Shown one piece after another: positions 49,163 through 59,906 of a stretch of DNA of 64,000 bases (positions within the stretch are counted from its first letter, which is position 1; the number at the start of each line of letters is the position of its first letter). The stretch is from Candidatus Bathyarchaeota archaeon. GTDB taxonomy: Archaea; Thermoproteota; CALKCG01; B24; DRYS01. The notes under the pieces were generated by a model. It searched no databases, had not been told where the DNA came from, and saw only the letters and a list, made by a program, of their open reading frames with translations. The stretch is taken from the NCBI GenBank assembly GCA_018396535.1, contig JAGTQC010000001.1, forward strand, positions 192,001 to 256,000. Direction: 5' to 3'. The position numbers and the translations under genes were made by a program.

Positions 49163-49759
49163 TTGACTGTTAGAAGGAGGCTAAAGGATTTAGTAATGCT
49201 TAACCTAGTCGAGGAGGCAGTTTTACTTATCGTATATAAACTTGGATCTATGGGGAGGATAACGTTATCACGTATCCTTGATCTACCTGAAGGTACTGTT
49301 AGAGGTATTCTACGACGTATGGAGCTATCTAAGATGATCGAATCTACAAGTAGAGGGGTTAAATTAACGGAGAGAGGGGTTGAAGAGTTATCTAAGTTAC
49401 TCGATAAGAGGTGTATAGAAGGCATATTCGTAATGGAGCCTGGTTTTTTAGGTTTGAATATGCCTTCAGTAATCGTGCATATACGTGGAAAAGCTAAAAG
49501 TATAAGGCTAGGGTTAGAGGAAAGGGATAGAGCTATTGGAGCTGGAGCTAAAGCTCTTGTAGCTATAAGATGTGTAGATGGACGTCTAGAGATACCTGGA
49601 GTAGTAGATGATATATGCAGGGAGGGGGAACAGTATGCACATATACTTAGAGAAAGATTTAATTTAAGAGATGGCGATTTAATTCTCGCAGTATTCTCAG
49701 ATAATGTTTGGCGAGCACTTATAGCAGCGTTGCATGTAGCTGAAAGTATACCAGCTTAG
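49163..49759 (+). CDS. Winged-helix protein with DUF4443-type C-terminus
   Basis: GRITLSRILDLPEGTVRGIL HTH; G..LTERG; GLEERDRAI.AGA. Confidence 0.78.
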   Translation: MTVRRRLKDLVMLNLVEEAVLLIVYKLGSMGRITLSRILDLPEGTVRGILRRMELSKMIESTSRGVKLTERGVEELSKLLDKRCIEGIFVMEPGFLGLNMPSVIVHIRGKAKSIRLGLEERDRAIGAGAKALVAIRCVDGRLEIPGVVDDICREGEQYAHILRERFNLRDGDLILAVFSDNVWRALIAALHVAESIPA

Positions 49760-49902
49760 ATGCTAGATGCCGGTAATAACGTAGTATAGCTACGAAATCT
49801 ATTGGCTTTCATCATCTATAGAGTATTATCAGCATATAGTGGCAATATTCATTAAGCGGTAGTTAAGCCTAATTAGCGTAAGGAAAATCAGGGGGAGATA
49901 CG

Positions 49903-52011
49903 ATGACGTTAGAGAAGCTATTTAACCCATCATCGATAGCAGTTGTAGGCGCTTCTCGTACACCAGGTAAGGTTGGATACGCTATACTATCGAATATACT
50001 TTCATCAGGATTCACTGGTGAAATATACCCTGTGAATCCTAATGCTACAGAGATTCTAGGTCTCAAATGTTATCCACGGATAACGGATATACCATCAGAT
50101 GTAGATTTAGCTATCATATCGATTCCTGCTCAAGCAGTTTTAGATGTAGCTGAAGAATGCGGGAGGAGGGGGGTTAAGTATATCGTCGTTATATCTGCTG
50201 GGTTTAAGGAGATAGGCCCTGAAGGCTTAGTTAGAGAAGTTAAACTTCAAACATTATGCAGACGGTATGGTATGAGGCTTCTAGGACCCAACTGTCTAGG
50301 CTTCATAGATATGTATACACCATTAAACGCGAGCTTCGCAGCTACACAGCCTCTAAAGGGGCGTATAGCATTCATATCGCAGAGCGGTGCTCTAGCTACT
50401 AGCATACTAAACTGGTCTAGATCGATCGATATAGGGTTTAGCCGGTTCATAACCCTCGGAAATAGAGCTGATATAGATGAATCAGATATCATAGAGAGTT
50501 TGAAAAACGATCCTAATACCAGCGTTATCCTCGCATATCTAGAGAGCGTATCAGATGGAGCTAAGTTTAGGAAGATAGTAAGTAGTGTCTCGCCTATCAA
50601 ACCAGTAGTAGTTGTTAAGGCTGGCGTATCTCGGCATGGAGCTGCTGCTGCATCACTACATACTGGTTCTATAGCTGGAAGCGATTCTGCATACGAAGCT
50701 GCTTTCAAACAATGCGGTGTCGTGAGAGCTAGAAGCTTAGAGGAGTTATTCCATGCTGCACGTATATTCGCATCACAGCCACTACCTAGAAACTATGGGA
50801 CGATAATCGTTACCAACGCTGGTGGCCCAGGTATAATCGCTACAGATGCATGTGAACGCTATGGTGTAGAGCTTAAAAGCATATCTGTAGAACTTGTTAG
50901 GGAGTTGAGGAGTAAACTTCCATCTGCAGCATCGCTACATAATCCTATAGATATACTAGGCGATGCTGATGCTGAAAGGTATAGGATAGCTTTAGAGACG
51001 TTATTAGCTAAGAGCGACGTCGATACATTCTTCGTTATACTTACACCTCAAGCTATGAGCCAGCCTAGAGAAACTGCTCAAGTTTTAGCTGAACTCAAAA
51101 CAAAATACCCGGAGAAGATTATAGTTGCGGTATTTATAGGTGGAGAAGAGATGGGTGAAGCTAAAGCTATACTTCGTAAATCTGGTGTGATAGATTTCGA
51201 TTTCCCAGAGGATGCTGCTTCAGCTTTAGGTATACTCTTCAATTATAAGCGTCTAGTAGAGAAGTTGCCGACCGTAACCGGGCTTAAGGAATTGAAGGAT
51301 GTAGATAGGGATTTCGTAGAGACATTGATATCGAGGTTTAAGTTAGAAAGGAGGACTACTACTCTATCATATGAAGCCTTCCAGATTCTATCCGCATACA
51401 ACATACCTACAGTACCATGCCGTCTAGCCAGGACACCTGAGGAAGCTGTAGAAGCTGCTGAGATGATAGGGTACCCTGTAGCTATCAAGGTAGCATCACC
51501 TGAGATACTTCATAAAACCGATATAGGTGGTGTAAGGCTTAACGTTAACTCACCTAAAGAGGTTGTAGACGCATTTGATGATGTTATATCGAATGCTAGG
51601 AGATACATGCCTAGAGCGAATATATACGGTGTTGAAGTGTCGAAGATGGCTACTAGGGGTATAGAGATTATCGTAGGTATGCATAGAGATCCACAGTTTG
51701 GTCCACTATTAATGTTTGGTTTAGGAGGGATCTATGTTGATTTCTTAAGGGATGTAAGCTTCAGAGTAGCCCCGCTATCCATGGATGATGCTTTAGAGAT
51801 GATCAAGGAGACTAAAGCCTATACGCTTCTAAGGGGGGTGAGGGGGATGCCGGCAGCTGATATAGAATCTCTAGCCGATATTATAGTTAGGGTTGCATGG
51901 CTTTCTGCAGAATTTAGAGAAATAGCTGATATAGATTTGAATCCCATATTCGTATATGAGAAGGGAAAAGGTTGTATAGCCGTAGATGCTAAGATTAGTC
52001 TATCTGTATAG
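49903..52011 (+). CDS. Acetate--CoA ligase (ADP-forming), fused alpha/beta subunits
   Basis: VGASR, GPNCLG, SQSGA, SLHTGS (phospho-His), TNAGGPG, NPID, HKTDIGGV, DPQFGP, DLNP. Confidence 0.93.
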   Translation: MTLEKLFNPSSIAVVGASRTPGKVGYAILSNILSSGFTGEIYPVNPNATEILGLKCYPRITDIPSDVDLAIISIPAQAVLDVAEECGRRGVKYIVVISAGFKEIGPEGLVREVKLQTLCRRYGMRLLGPNCLGFIDMYTPLNASFAATQPLKGRIAFISQSGALATSILNWSRSIDIGFSRFITLGNRADIDESDIIESLKNDPNTSVILAYLESVSDGAKFRKIVSSVSPIKPVVVVKAGVSRHGAAAASLHTGSIAGSDSAYEAAFKQCGVVRARSLEELFHAARIFASQPLPRNYGTIIVTNAGGPGIIATDACERYGVELKSISVELVRELRSKLPSAASLHNPIDILGDADAERYRIALETLLAKSDVDTFFVILTPQAMSQPRETAQVLAELKTKYPEKIIVAVFIGGEEMGEAKAILRKSGVIDFDFPEDAASALGILFNYKRLVEKLPTVTGLKELKDVDRDFVETLISRFKLERRTTTLSYEAFQILSAYNIPTVPCRLARTPEEAVEAAEMIGYPVAIKVASPEILHKTDIGGVRLNVNSPKEVVDAFDDVISNARRYMPRANIYGVEVSKMATRGIEIIVGMHRDPQFGPLLMFGLGGIYVDFLRDVSFRVAPLSMDDALEMIKETKAYTLLRGVRGMPAADIESLADIIVRVAWLSAEFREIADIDLNPIFVYEKGKGCIAVDAKISLSV

Positions 52012-52024
52012 GGAGGATACGAGT

Positions 52025-53098
52025 ATGCCCACCTGTAAAGGGCTCTATGTAGTCTCTCCGAAGGATTACTCTGGGAAAACCGCACTCTGCGTAGGATTAG
52101 CGCTTACCTTTAAAGAGGAAGGGTATAGGGTAGGCTACATGAAGCCTATAGGCTTATGGACAAGTATACTTGAAGGCGAGTACGTGGATGAAGACTCCAT
52201 ACTCCTAAAGGATATATTAGGCTTAGAGGATAGTTTAACCGATGTAACCCCCTATGTAGCTGGCGATAGAATTCTAGAAGATATAGCTAAGGGTAAGCTT
52301 CACGATGTATGCTCTAAGATAGCTGAAGTATATCGTAGAGCTTCAGAAGGAAAGGATATTATGCTAATCGAAGCTCCTAGGAATATAGGTCTCAACTATC
52401 TTACAGGATTAACCTACAGATTCTTAGCTGAGAAAATTGGGTGTAAGGCTCTAGTAGTATCTCTATTCGAGTCAGATGTAGATGTAGGCTCTATAATACA
52501 GATGTATGAGCATATGAAGCTTGAAGGATTGAAGACTATAGGTGTTGTATTAAACTATGTTCGGAGACATGTTATAGAGAGAGCTAGAAGTATAGTACCG
52601 CAGATACTTAGATCATATGGGTTAAACGTTTTAGGAGTTATACCTAGGAAGACGGAGTTGGTAGCGCCTACGGTAGCCGAGATATATGAGCGTATAGGTG
52701 GGGAGATACTTGCATGTGAGGATAAGTTGGATGGTATCGTCGAAGAGATAATGATAGGCGCTATGACACTCGAATCTGCATTATCATTCTTTAGGAGAGC
52801 TATTAATAAGGCTGTCATTACAGGCGGTGATAGAGCTGATGTAGCTCTTGCAGCTCTGGAGACGGATACATCTGTACTAATATTGACAGGCAATTTATAT
52901 CCTGATGTAAGGGTTTTAGCTAAGGCGGAGGAGAGGGGTATACCTGTAATACTAGTACCATACGATACCTATACTACGGTCGAGCTTGTAGGAGAGCTTG
53001 TAGGTAGAATCAGACCTGGTGATAGGAAGAGGGTTGATCTAGCGTATAAATTGGTAAGAGAGAATGTTGATTGGAGGAGCATAATCGGATCTCTATAA
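52025..53098 (+). CDS. Phosphotransacetylase N-terminal-like (BioD-like P-loop + DRTGG) protein
   Basis: SGKTA, GYMKP, IGAM, ITGGDRAD, LTG, DTY; ATG at 52025 preceded by GGAGG. Confidence 0.9.
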   Translation: MPTCKGLYVVSPKDYSGKTALCVGLALTFKEEGYRVGYMKPIGLWTSILEGEYVDEDSILLKDILGLEDSLTDVTPYVAGDRILEDIAKGKLHDVCSKIAEVYRRASEGKDIMLIEAPRNIGLNYLTGLTYRFLAEKIGCKALVVSLFESDVDVGSIIQMYEHMKLEGLKTIGVVLNYVRRHVIERARSIVPQILRSYGLNVLGVIPRKTELVAPTVAEIYERIGGEILACEDKLDGIVEEIMIGAMTLESALSFFRRAINKAVITGGDRADVALAALETDTSVLILTGNLYPDVRVLAKAEERGIPVILVPYDTYTTVELVGELVGRIRPGDRKRVDLAYKLVRENVDWRSIIGSL

Positions 53099-53144
53099 AA
53101 TTAATATCTTCTCTGGGGAATTCTTTAGAATTCGATGATGAACC

Positions 53145-53972
53145 GTGCTTAGGATAGGGACTGTAGCATTATTCTCACGTGTAGATCTAGATGAGGTATT
53201 ACTAGTATCATCTAAGATTAAAGAGAGGTTTGAAAGTAGCGGTGTGAATGTACTACTAGAGGATAGACTATATGAGAAGCTGGGAGGTGCTAGATGGAAT
53301 TCAAAATCGACTTTCGATCTACTCATAGCGATCGGAGGGGATGGTACTATACTCAGAGCTGTACATGCTACAGGGTTATCTAAACCTGTTTTCGCTATCA
53401 GAGCAGGGTTAGTCGGGTTTTTAGCTGATTGTGATCTACATGAAGCTTTAGAAGCTATAGATATGCTACTCAAGGATGAGTATAGGATAGAATCGTATAA
53501 GCTATTGGAGAATAACGTTAATCTACCTTATGCTTTAAACGAGGTTAGGGTTGGAGCTACTGATGTATTGAAGACAGTAGATTTAGAAGTTAGGGTTGAA
53601 GGGGAGGTTATAGCTTTAGATAGGGTTGATGCAGTGCTCGTAGCTACACCATTAGGTTCTACAGGGTATTCACTAAGTTGCGGAGGATGCATACTAGATC
53701 CTAGGGTTGAAGCATATATATTGACACCTGTCTCGCCTTTAACTCCAAGCTTTAAGCCTTACGTTGCTCCTTGGGATGCAACTGTGGAGATCAGGGTTAT
53801 TAGAGGAGATCTGTACGTATCGGTGGATGGGGTAGCATCCATTAAGCTTCCAGAGGGGTCGAGCGTAAAGGTGAAAGGGTCGAGTAAAACTGTGGATTTC
53901 ATAAGGGTTAAGGGAAGGTTTATCGAAAGACTACGTAGGAGAGTTAATCCTAGATTTAGATTGAATCTTTAG
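53145..53972 (+). CDS. nadK: NAD(+) kinase
   Basis: GGDGTIL, G.VGFL, ALNE, ATPLGSTGYSLS.GG, VDG. Confidence 0.92.
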   Translation: MLRIGTVALFSRVDLDEVLLVSSKIKERFESSGVNVLLEDRLYEKLGGARWNSKSTFDLLIAIGGDGTILRAVHATGLSKPVFAIRAGLVGFLADCDLHEALEAIDMLLKDEYRIESYKLLENNVNLPYALNEVRVGATDVLKTVDLEVRVEGEVIALDRVDAVLVATPLGSTGYSLSCGGCILDPRVEAYILTPVSPLTPSFKPYVAPWDATVEIRVIRGDLYVSVDGVASIKLPEGSSVKVKGSSKTVDFIRVKGRFIERLRRRVNPRFRLNL

Positions 53973-53975
53973 AAT

Positions 53976-55232
53976 CTAAGCCTTGTATCTTAGTATAGCA
54001 GCTATACCTCCAAAGCCTTTGAGCAGCATCTCTCCCTCCTCAGTTTCCGTGGATATCAGCTCTACGTTAACCTTATACTGTTCGGCTAATTCTATGAATT
54101 CGTCTGTAAGACTCTTCCACTCTTTAATCCTCAGTGTCTGATTACCACAGGATGGACATTTCGATCTAGAAATCTCCGCTTCGAAAGCGAATCTATCAGC
54201 TTCATTTATCGTACGTCTATCTGTATAACCACATACACTACACTCTACGGTAGCTCTAACCTTATCGATATTCTCTGATATGATTAGAGTATCTATTAAT
54301 CCACGTGTTAGAAGGGATCTAACTTCCTCCTCTCCGTATGCTGCGAGTCCATCGCTTAACGTAACCTCCCTAAAGAATCTTTGTAGTATCCTTTTCTCCT
54401 CCATATGCCTTACACCTCTGAGTATATCGATAGATTTACTTGCAACTTCTCGAAGACCTTCCTCACCGGTATAAGCTGTATCTATAACACCTACTACCTT
54501 CTTCTTTATCATATAGTTGAGGTAATCCTTATCAAGGAATTCGTATTTAGTCGGTCCCGGTCCAGCTACCAATATACCCTTTATATCATCTCTACCTAGG
54601 AATAATTCATCAGCATATTTAGCTACTCTTCGAAAGAATTCGTTAAGCTCCATCTCTCTAAGTCTCTCGAATCTACGTGCAGATTGGCCTCCAGCTCTAT
54701 GTTTTCCAGGTATACCGGAGGTTATCTCTCGTATAAGCTCCATCCTCCTCCCAGATATTATACCGAAGCTAGCTTCGCTAGAGTCTATTATTATAACTCC
54801 GTAGGACTCCTTCTCTTTGAGGATATCGTATAGCGGGTCTAAGTAGAATGTAGATGAACATCCATAGTATGATACATTGATAGGCTCCGGAGGTATTATC
54901 ACATAGTCTTCAAGTTTTTCACTGCCTTCACCATTCTGAGGAATAGCCCCACAGAATATTACTAGACCATTCTCAGGCGTTTTCTTAAAATATTTAAGCT
55001 TCTGAATTACACGCTCTATAGCGGATTGAACATTCTTCCTAGTTCTATCAGATTTTATATTAGAAGCCGTATTATACTCCTGCCATAAGTTGTTTATAAC
55101 TTCGTGAATAGGCCTACCCGGGGGTATGTATAGGCTTATAAGCTCAGTACCTCTACCAATCTTAGATTTAAGTTCTTCTAAGAGTTTTCTAAACCTGTAG
55201 TTCTCGAGAGAGTAGGATTTTATGCTGGACAT
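53976..55232 (-). CDS. prf1: Peptide chain release factor aRF1
   Basis: GTELISLYIPP, TASNIKS, Y.C...F, GGQSARRF, C-terminal Zn ribbon, GFGGIAAILRY. Confidence 0.97.
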   Translation of the reverse strand: MSSIKSYSLENYRFRKLLEELKSKIGRGTELISLYIPPGRPIHEVINNLWQEYNTASNIKSDRTRKNVQSAIERVIQKLKYFKKTPENGLVIFCGAIPQNGEGSEKLEDYVIIPPEPINVSYYGCSSTFYLDPLYDILKEKESYGVIIIDSSEASFGIISGRRMELIREITSGIPGKHRAGGQSARRFERLREMELNEFFRRVAKYADELFLGRDDIKGILVAGPGPTKYEFLDKDYLNYMIKKKVVGVIDTAYTGEEGLREVASKSIDILRGVRHMEEKRILQRFFREVTLSDGLAAYGEEEVRSLLTRGLIDTLIISENIDKVRATVECSVCGYTDRRTINEADRFAFEAEISRSKCPSCGNQTLRIKEWKSLTDEFIELAEQYKVNVELISTETEEGEMLLKGFGGIAAILRYKA

Positions 55233-55335
55233 ACCTAGAACACTCCTCCAACTATCTTAGGCTATAGTGATGGTGAGAACGGTGGATAGCATAACCTTGC
55301 CGGAATAATGAATGGAATATAGCTTATAAACTTTA

Positions 55336-56559
55336 CTATACCGTTTCGTAGAGCCATTCTATGAAGCTTTCAGTACTGTAGAATAGCTTCAAGATACTAT
55401 CAGAGAATACCCATTTAACATTAACCTTCCTACCGAATAAGTCTTCAAGCCTACCTATCCAGCGGTATATCTCAACCCTTATATCCGAGAAGCTAGGTGT
55501 ACCTGGACTACCAGTATAATATCCTAAGGCAGGATCCAATATCATTATCTTCCCATCTTTGAACGGTATATAGACAGCCATATGATCTGTAACTACTATA
55601 CACTCAACTCTAAGTTTCCCTCTAAAGTAGGCTGAGAGCATACTAGCTAATAATATAGCTTGATCATCACAATCACCTTCTCTAAATGCTAACGTCTGGT
55701 TAGGATATTGCCACATATCCGATACATATATTAATGGAAGGCTTGGATCTGATGGTAGCAGTGGATAGAGACCATCGCTTCTATATCTTACATTACCTAT
55801 AACCCAGTCAAACATAGCTTTAATATCCACAGCGATCTCGTCCAGATCGAGATAGCCGCTCCATCCGCCGGTAATCTGAAGCATAAGACTCTTAACTCTA
55901 AGATCGTTAGGTGTTATGAGGAGTAGATCTTCTATCTTAGGATGTAGAGCATGAATATTAACTTCACCAGTAAGTTTTAGATAGTCTTTAATGAATAGTT
56001 CAAGCCTACCAGTAGATAGCCTAGCTTCTAGAGTTTTATAGCTTTCATCTAAGATCCTATATCCTTCCAGTAGAATTTCATAATCTCTCAACATAGATTT
56101 ATAATTGTCAAATAAATCATTGTATGTATTATTTAATTTCTCATAATTTTCATATAGATGTAAAAGTGCATCTACAGTAGCATTATACTCACTATACAAT
56201 ATCCTATAACTTATGTTAAGTACCTCGATAGCCTCGATGAGCCTTTGATTATCTAAAAAGATACTTTGATAATCATGTAAAAGCCTCTGGTAATCGGAGA
56301 ATAATGCCTCATATAAACTAGATAGCATGGTATAGCTTGAATTTAATTTATGGTAATCTGATAGTAGAGAATCATACTTAGATTGCATCGATTCATAGTT
56401 AGATCTAAGATTTTCATACTCTAAAGATCTAGCTTCATACATACTCTGCAGGATTGATACCCTACTATACAGTATTAAAGATGAAGCCGCTAATACGATG
56501 GCTATAACAGAAGCCAATATAGTACTCTTATCTACAATCAAACCTATACACCTAAACAC
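55336..56559 (-). CDS. Membrane-anchored coiled-coil protein with C-terminal transglutaminase-like domain
   Basis: N-terminal TM, long Tyr/Leu heptad stalk, WQYP..T, GDCDDQA (Cys), HMAV (His), ILDP (Asp). Confidence 0.82.
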   Translation of the reverse strand: MFRCIGLIVDKSTILASVIAIVLAASSLILYSRVSILQSMYEARSLEYENLRSNYESMQSKYDSLLSDYHKLNSSYTMLSSLYEALFSDYQRLLHDYQSIFLDNQRLIEAIEVLNISYRILYSEYNATVDALLHLYENYEKLNNTYNDLFDNYKSMLRDYEILLEGYRILDESYKTLEARLSTGRLELFIKDYLKLTGEVNIHALHPKIEDLLLITPNDLRVKSLMLQITGGWSGYLDLDEIAVDIKAMFDWVIGNVRYRSDGLYPLLPSDPSLPLIYVSDMWQYPNQTLAFREGDCDDQAILLASMLSAYFRGKLRVECIVVTDHMAVYIPFKDGKIMILDPALGYYTGSPGTPSFSDIRVEIYRWIGRLEDLFGRKVNVKWVFSDSILKLFYSTESFIEWLYETV

Positions 56560-56743
56560 ATATAAACATTATAAGGATTTAAAGCTTAACAAAATACACT
56601 ATATACTAAAGGAGATATCGTAAAACATCCAATAAAACCTAGAATATCTCATCCTAGTAGAAATACTAAACCCAGCCACCATAAAAACCTCATCCACACT
56701 AAACCTTTTATACGAATTCATCTCCAAATATACGATCGGAGAA

Positions 56744-56832
56744 GCCGGGGTCACCTAGCCTGGTAGGGTGCAGGCCTGCTAAGCCTGTGGCGCATATGCG
56801 CCGCGCGGGTTCAAATCCCGCCCCCGGCGCCA
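56744..56832 (+). tRNA. tRNA-Ser(GCU), CCA encoded, no intron
   Basis: GCCGGGG/CCCCGGC acceptor stem; CAGGC-CTGCTAA-GCCTG; long variable arm; GGTTCAAATCC; GCCA end; TTTTATA upstream. Confidence 0.97.
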
Positions 56833-57015
56833 GTCTCTAGGGTTCAAATCCCTTCTCCTTTTAAATCCTGGGAAACGAGTTTAGCGTGAAGAATGAGATT
56901 ATACGATTATGATGTCTTCGTAATTTTTCAAGTTAACATTTAGGAGAGCACTGCTATCTATGACATCATATGAGTAGCGGTTTGCCGATACTAGGAGGGG
57001 GTTAAAGATTGTTTA

Positions 57016-57669
57016 TTACACGCTTATATCTGGCGGTGGTGGAGGTCTTAGGGATAGATAGAAGTATACTGCTGAAACTGTGAATACGGCGTTTAGGAGC
57101 CAGCTTACTATAGACCCGATATATGGACCGATTATCGGGATTATCGAAAAGCCATATGAGAATACTGCGCTTGCAACTATCACTAATAATATGAAGATTA
57201 TTACTTCTCCAAGATTTTTAATAACAAAATCGAACGCCCTCTTCACGCTTTCTACAGCATTTAACCTCTCTGTTATAGCTATAACTACAATAAAGATTCC
57301 TACTGGAAGTAGTATGACTGTTATACTACATAGTGCTGCTATTATAGCTACTATGATTAATACAGCGATTCTACTTATCACTAGATTTAAACTTCTTCTT
57401 AGATCTAACGGGCGGTTGTTAATTACATCGTTAGCCATATCTACAAGCATGCATCCCGCTATGAAACCAAGGATAGCAGCGATCAATGAGCCAAAAAGGC
57501 TTATGAACGGATTTGGTGTTTCAAAATGGTAATATCTTATCGGGAATATATATGCTAACGCATCGAAGAATAGATGTACGATAATAGGAATAATAAATGG
57601 AGCGAATAATACTGGATTCTTTACCGATATATCTATACCCTTTGAAATAGCTTCTATCGATTTTGACAT
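57016..57669 (-). CDS. Hypothetical polytopic membrane protein
   Basis: About 5 TM helices, IPIIG, C-terminal PPPPP. Confidence 0.75.
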   Translation of the reverse strand: MSKSIEAISKGIDISVKNPVLFAPFIIPIIVHLFFDALAYIFPIRYYHFETPNPFISLFGSLIAAILGFIAGCMLVDMANDVINNRPLDLRRSLNLVISRIAVLIIVAIIAALCSITVILLPVGIFIVVIAITERLNAVESVKRAFDFVIKNLGEVIIFILLVIVASAVFSYGFSIIPIIGPYIGSIVSWLLNAVFTVSAVYFYLSLRPPPPPDISV

Positions 57670-58142
57670 AGACTTTATTTTGCTACCTCGCTCCTTATAA
57701 ATATATCGAATCCCGCAGCTGGGATAGGGGGTGAGCCAGCTTAGATTATTACAAAGCTTTCGATGAAAGGGATTCTGTTAAACTAATACTCTTGCTATTA
57801 GAGTAGAAGGTATGGGATATCCATCTACAATAGTATTGTGGTAATGTGCTGATCTACCGTGTATATCTTCCTATTCTCTTTCTGCTTAGATAACTTTTAT
57901 CTTTGTTTGAAATCAATGTTTTGCTATCAATTATAAAGACTAAACTAAATCTTAACCAGAGTGTTAGCTATGTTAGATTAAGAAACGGATTCGGAAATAA
58001 GTAGTAAGCGTGGACTAAAGATGCTATATTGAAGGTCGAAAATACCTTATCGAGTTACAGATGCTAAAGAGTACAGATACTAGAGTATATCATGGAGAAT
58101 CATAAAAGCTATAATCGAGGAATCTAGAAAATATGTTAGAAA

Positions 58143-58562
58143 ATGATGGTTAAATTGAAGGGGAGGCTTTTTAGACTACTCTTAGAGGAGGTTAGGAGAA
58201 GGTATCCGATCGAAGCGTGCGGTATCCTATTCGGATATGTAAATAGCGACGAAGTACGTATAGAGGTTGCAGTATTTCTTAGGAATATGCTAGAATCTGA
58301 GTTTATGTTTCAGATAGATCCTGAGGAGCTTCTTAAGGTATTGATAGAATATGAGGGGAGGGGTTTAAGCCATATAGGCTTCTTCCACTCTCATCCAAGA
58401 TGTAGTAAACCCTCTACGATGGATCTAAGGTATATGAAGCTATGGCCAGGGAGTATATGGGTCATAGTATCGTGTAGAGAATCTAGGATGGAAGCCTACC
58501 GGGTTATCGATGGATGCTTAGAAAAGGCTACGATCGTAATAGAGGATGATAATATAGTATAG
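58143..58562 (+). CDS. JAMM/MPN+ metalloprotease (M67; desampylase-like)
   Basis: EACG, HSHP....PS..D. Confidence 0.92.
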   Translation: MMVKLKGRLFRLLLEEVRRRYPIEACGILFGYVNSDEVRIEVAVFLRNMLESEFMFQIDPEELLKVLIEYEGRGLSHIGFFHSHPRCSKPSTMDLRYMKLWPGSIWVIVSCRESRMEAYRVIDGCLEKATIVIEDDNIV

Positions 58563-58699
58563 CCAACCTAGGTTTTCTTCAACCCTGGTTCTACCTTTCG
58601 AGAATAGGATTTAAATAGTAATGCTAAAAGTTGAAGTTGCTGAACCCATTCTATCTCAGACTCTAGTATCGTAAGCTTGTAGGTAACTATATTCTTAGG

Positions 58700-59150
58700 G
58701 ATCTTTAGATCGTATACTTCAGGCTCTGCTTTCCCCACTTAAACTATAGTTAACGTCGAGAATAGGGGTATGCTACCTAATTCTATGCTGAATTTGTAGG
58801 AGATGCTTATGGACAGATCGATTATCGATATGGTTGCATCGCTACCCCTGATGGATCCACATCCACGTATTGATGCATCTCCACCTCCCTTAGCCACCCC
58901 TTCCTTAGGCTCTATGAGTATAGAGAAATCGAAGAGCTATGTGGGGATAGGGTTTATATTTATATATGGTGATATCCGAAGATCCCCCATTGTATAATGA
59001 CTTATTAGCATCTAAGCCTAAGCTATCAGCTGAATAACATCCATCTACTCGATACTCGCCACTGCTGTTAGATCCTCTATCAAAATATATGGCGTGGAGT
59101 GGGTATGCTACTTGGCAGAATTGGATAGCATAATTTCGGGATCCCCCCTT
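58700..59150 (-). pseudogene. Decayed fragment of an Ig-repeat surface protein
   Basis: DFSILIEPKEG...SYKFS...LFSTLTIV*VGKAEPEVYDLKI resembles the archaeal DFS...P..G...STLTI...PG.Y Ig repeat; stops and frameshifts present. Confidence 0.45.
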
Positions 59151-59239
59151 CATAAATGTGGAACCGGATATTATGCTCTATAACTGTTGGTAGAAAGTAT
59201 TTTAAGGCTGAGTATGTCTAGTTGGGTTAGTGGTTATTC

Positions 59240-59608
59240 ATGGTGAAGGTTTTCGGATACCGGGATGTAGCTACAGAGAGTGTTGAGGGGGGTGCCTTCT
59301 GCTATAGAGCTGAGGTTCAACGCTTCATAACTGGAGATGTATCGAAGGATTTCAGAGCGTTTATAGTCCATTTCCCAGCTGGACATAGGACTAGATGGCA
59401 TAAGCATAGTAGTGATCAGATACTCTACATAATAGATGGGGTAGGGGTAGTAGCGGATGAGAGTAGGGAGTACGAGGTAGTACCTGGGATGCTTGTACTG
59501 ATACCTGCTGGGGAGAGGCATTGGCACGGAGCTAGAAGGGATTGTCGTTTAACGCATCTAATGATACTTAGAGCTGATTCGAAGGAAGAAATGTTTGAGT
59601 GCCCGTAG
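59240..59608 (+). CDS. Cupin-domain protein
   Basis: F.AG.RT.WHKH..DQ...I.DG.G, PG....IPAGERHWHGA. Confidence 0.9.
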   Translation: MVKVFGYRDVATESVEGGAFCYRAEVQRFITGDVSKDFRAFIVHFPAGHRTRWHKHSSDQILYIIDGVGVVADESREYEVVPGMLVLIPAGERHWHGARRDCRLTHLMILRADSKEEMFECP

Positions 59609-59906
59609 AGGAGGAGCCTATCTAACATGGATCCTCCGCTCTGAATATCTACATAGTCTAAGGCTTAGATTAGGTCTTCTATATCCATGGATTAGACCCC
59701 GATAATTTTTTAGAACCCATCATAGATCTAGCTCTTCAATAGTCATGCTTAGCGTACTTATCCTTATCCATAGAATTGCCGATGATATCGTAACCTTATC
59801 GATGTAACAGACCTATCTCTTAGATGCTCCTAAGCTTTATGAGTATGGAGTATATTTTTAACATAAATAATTTATTTGCTAAGTATTGTAGTATTACTAG
59901 AATATA

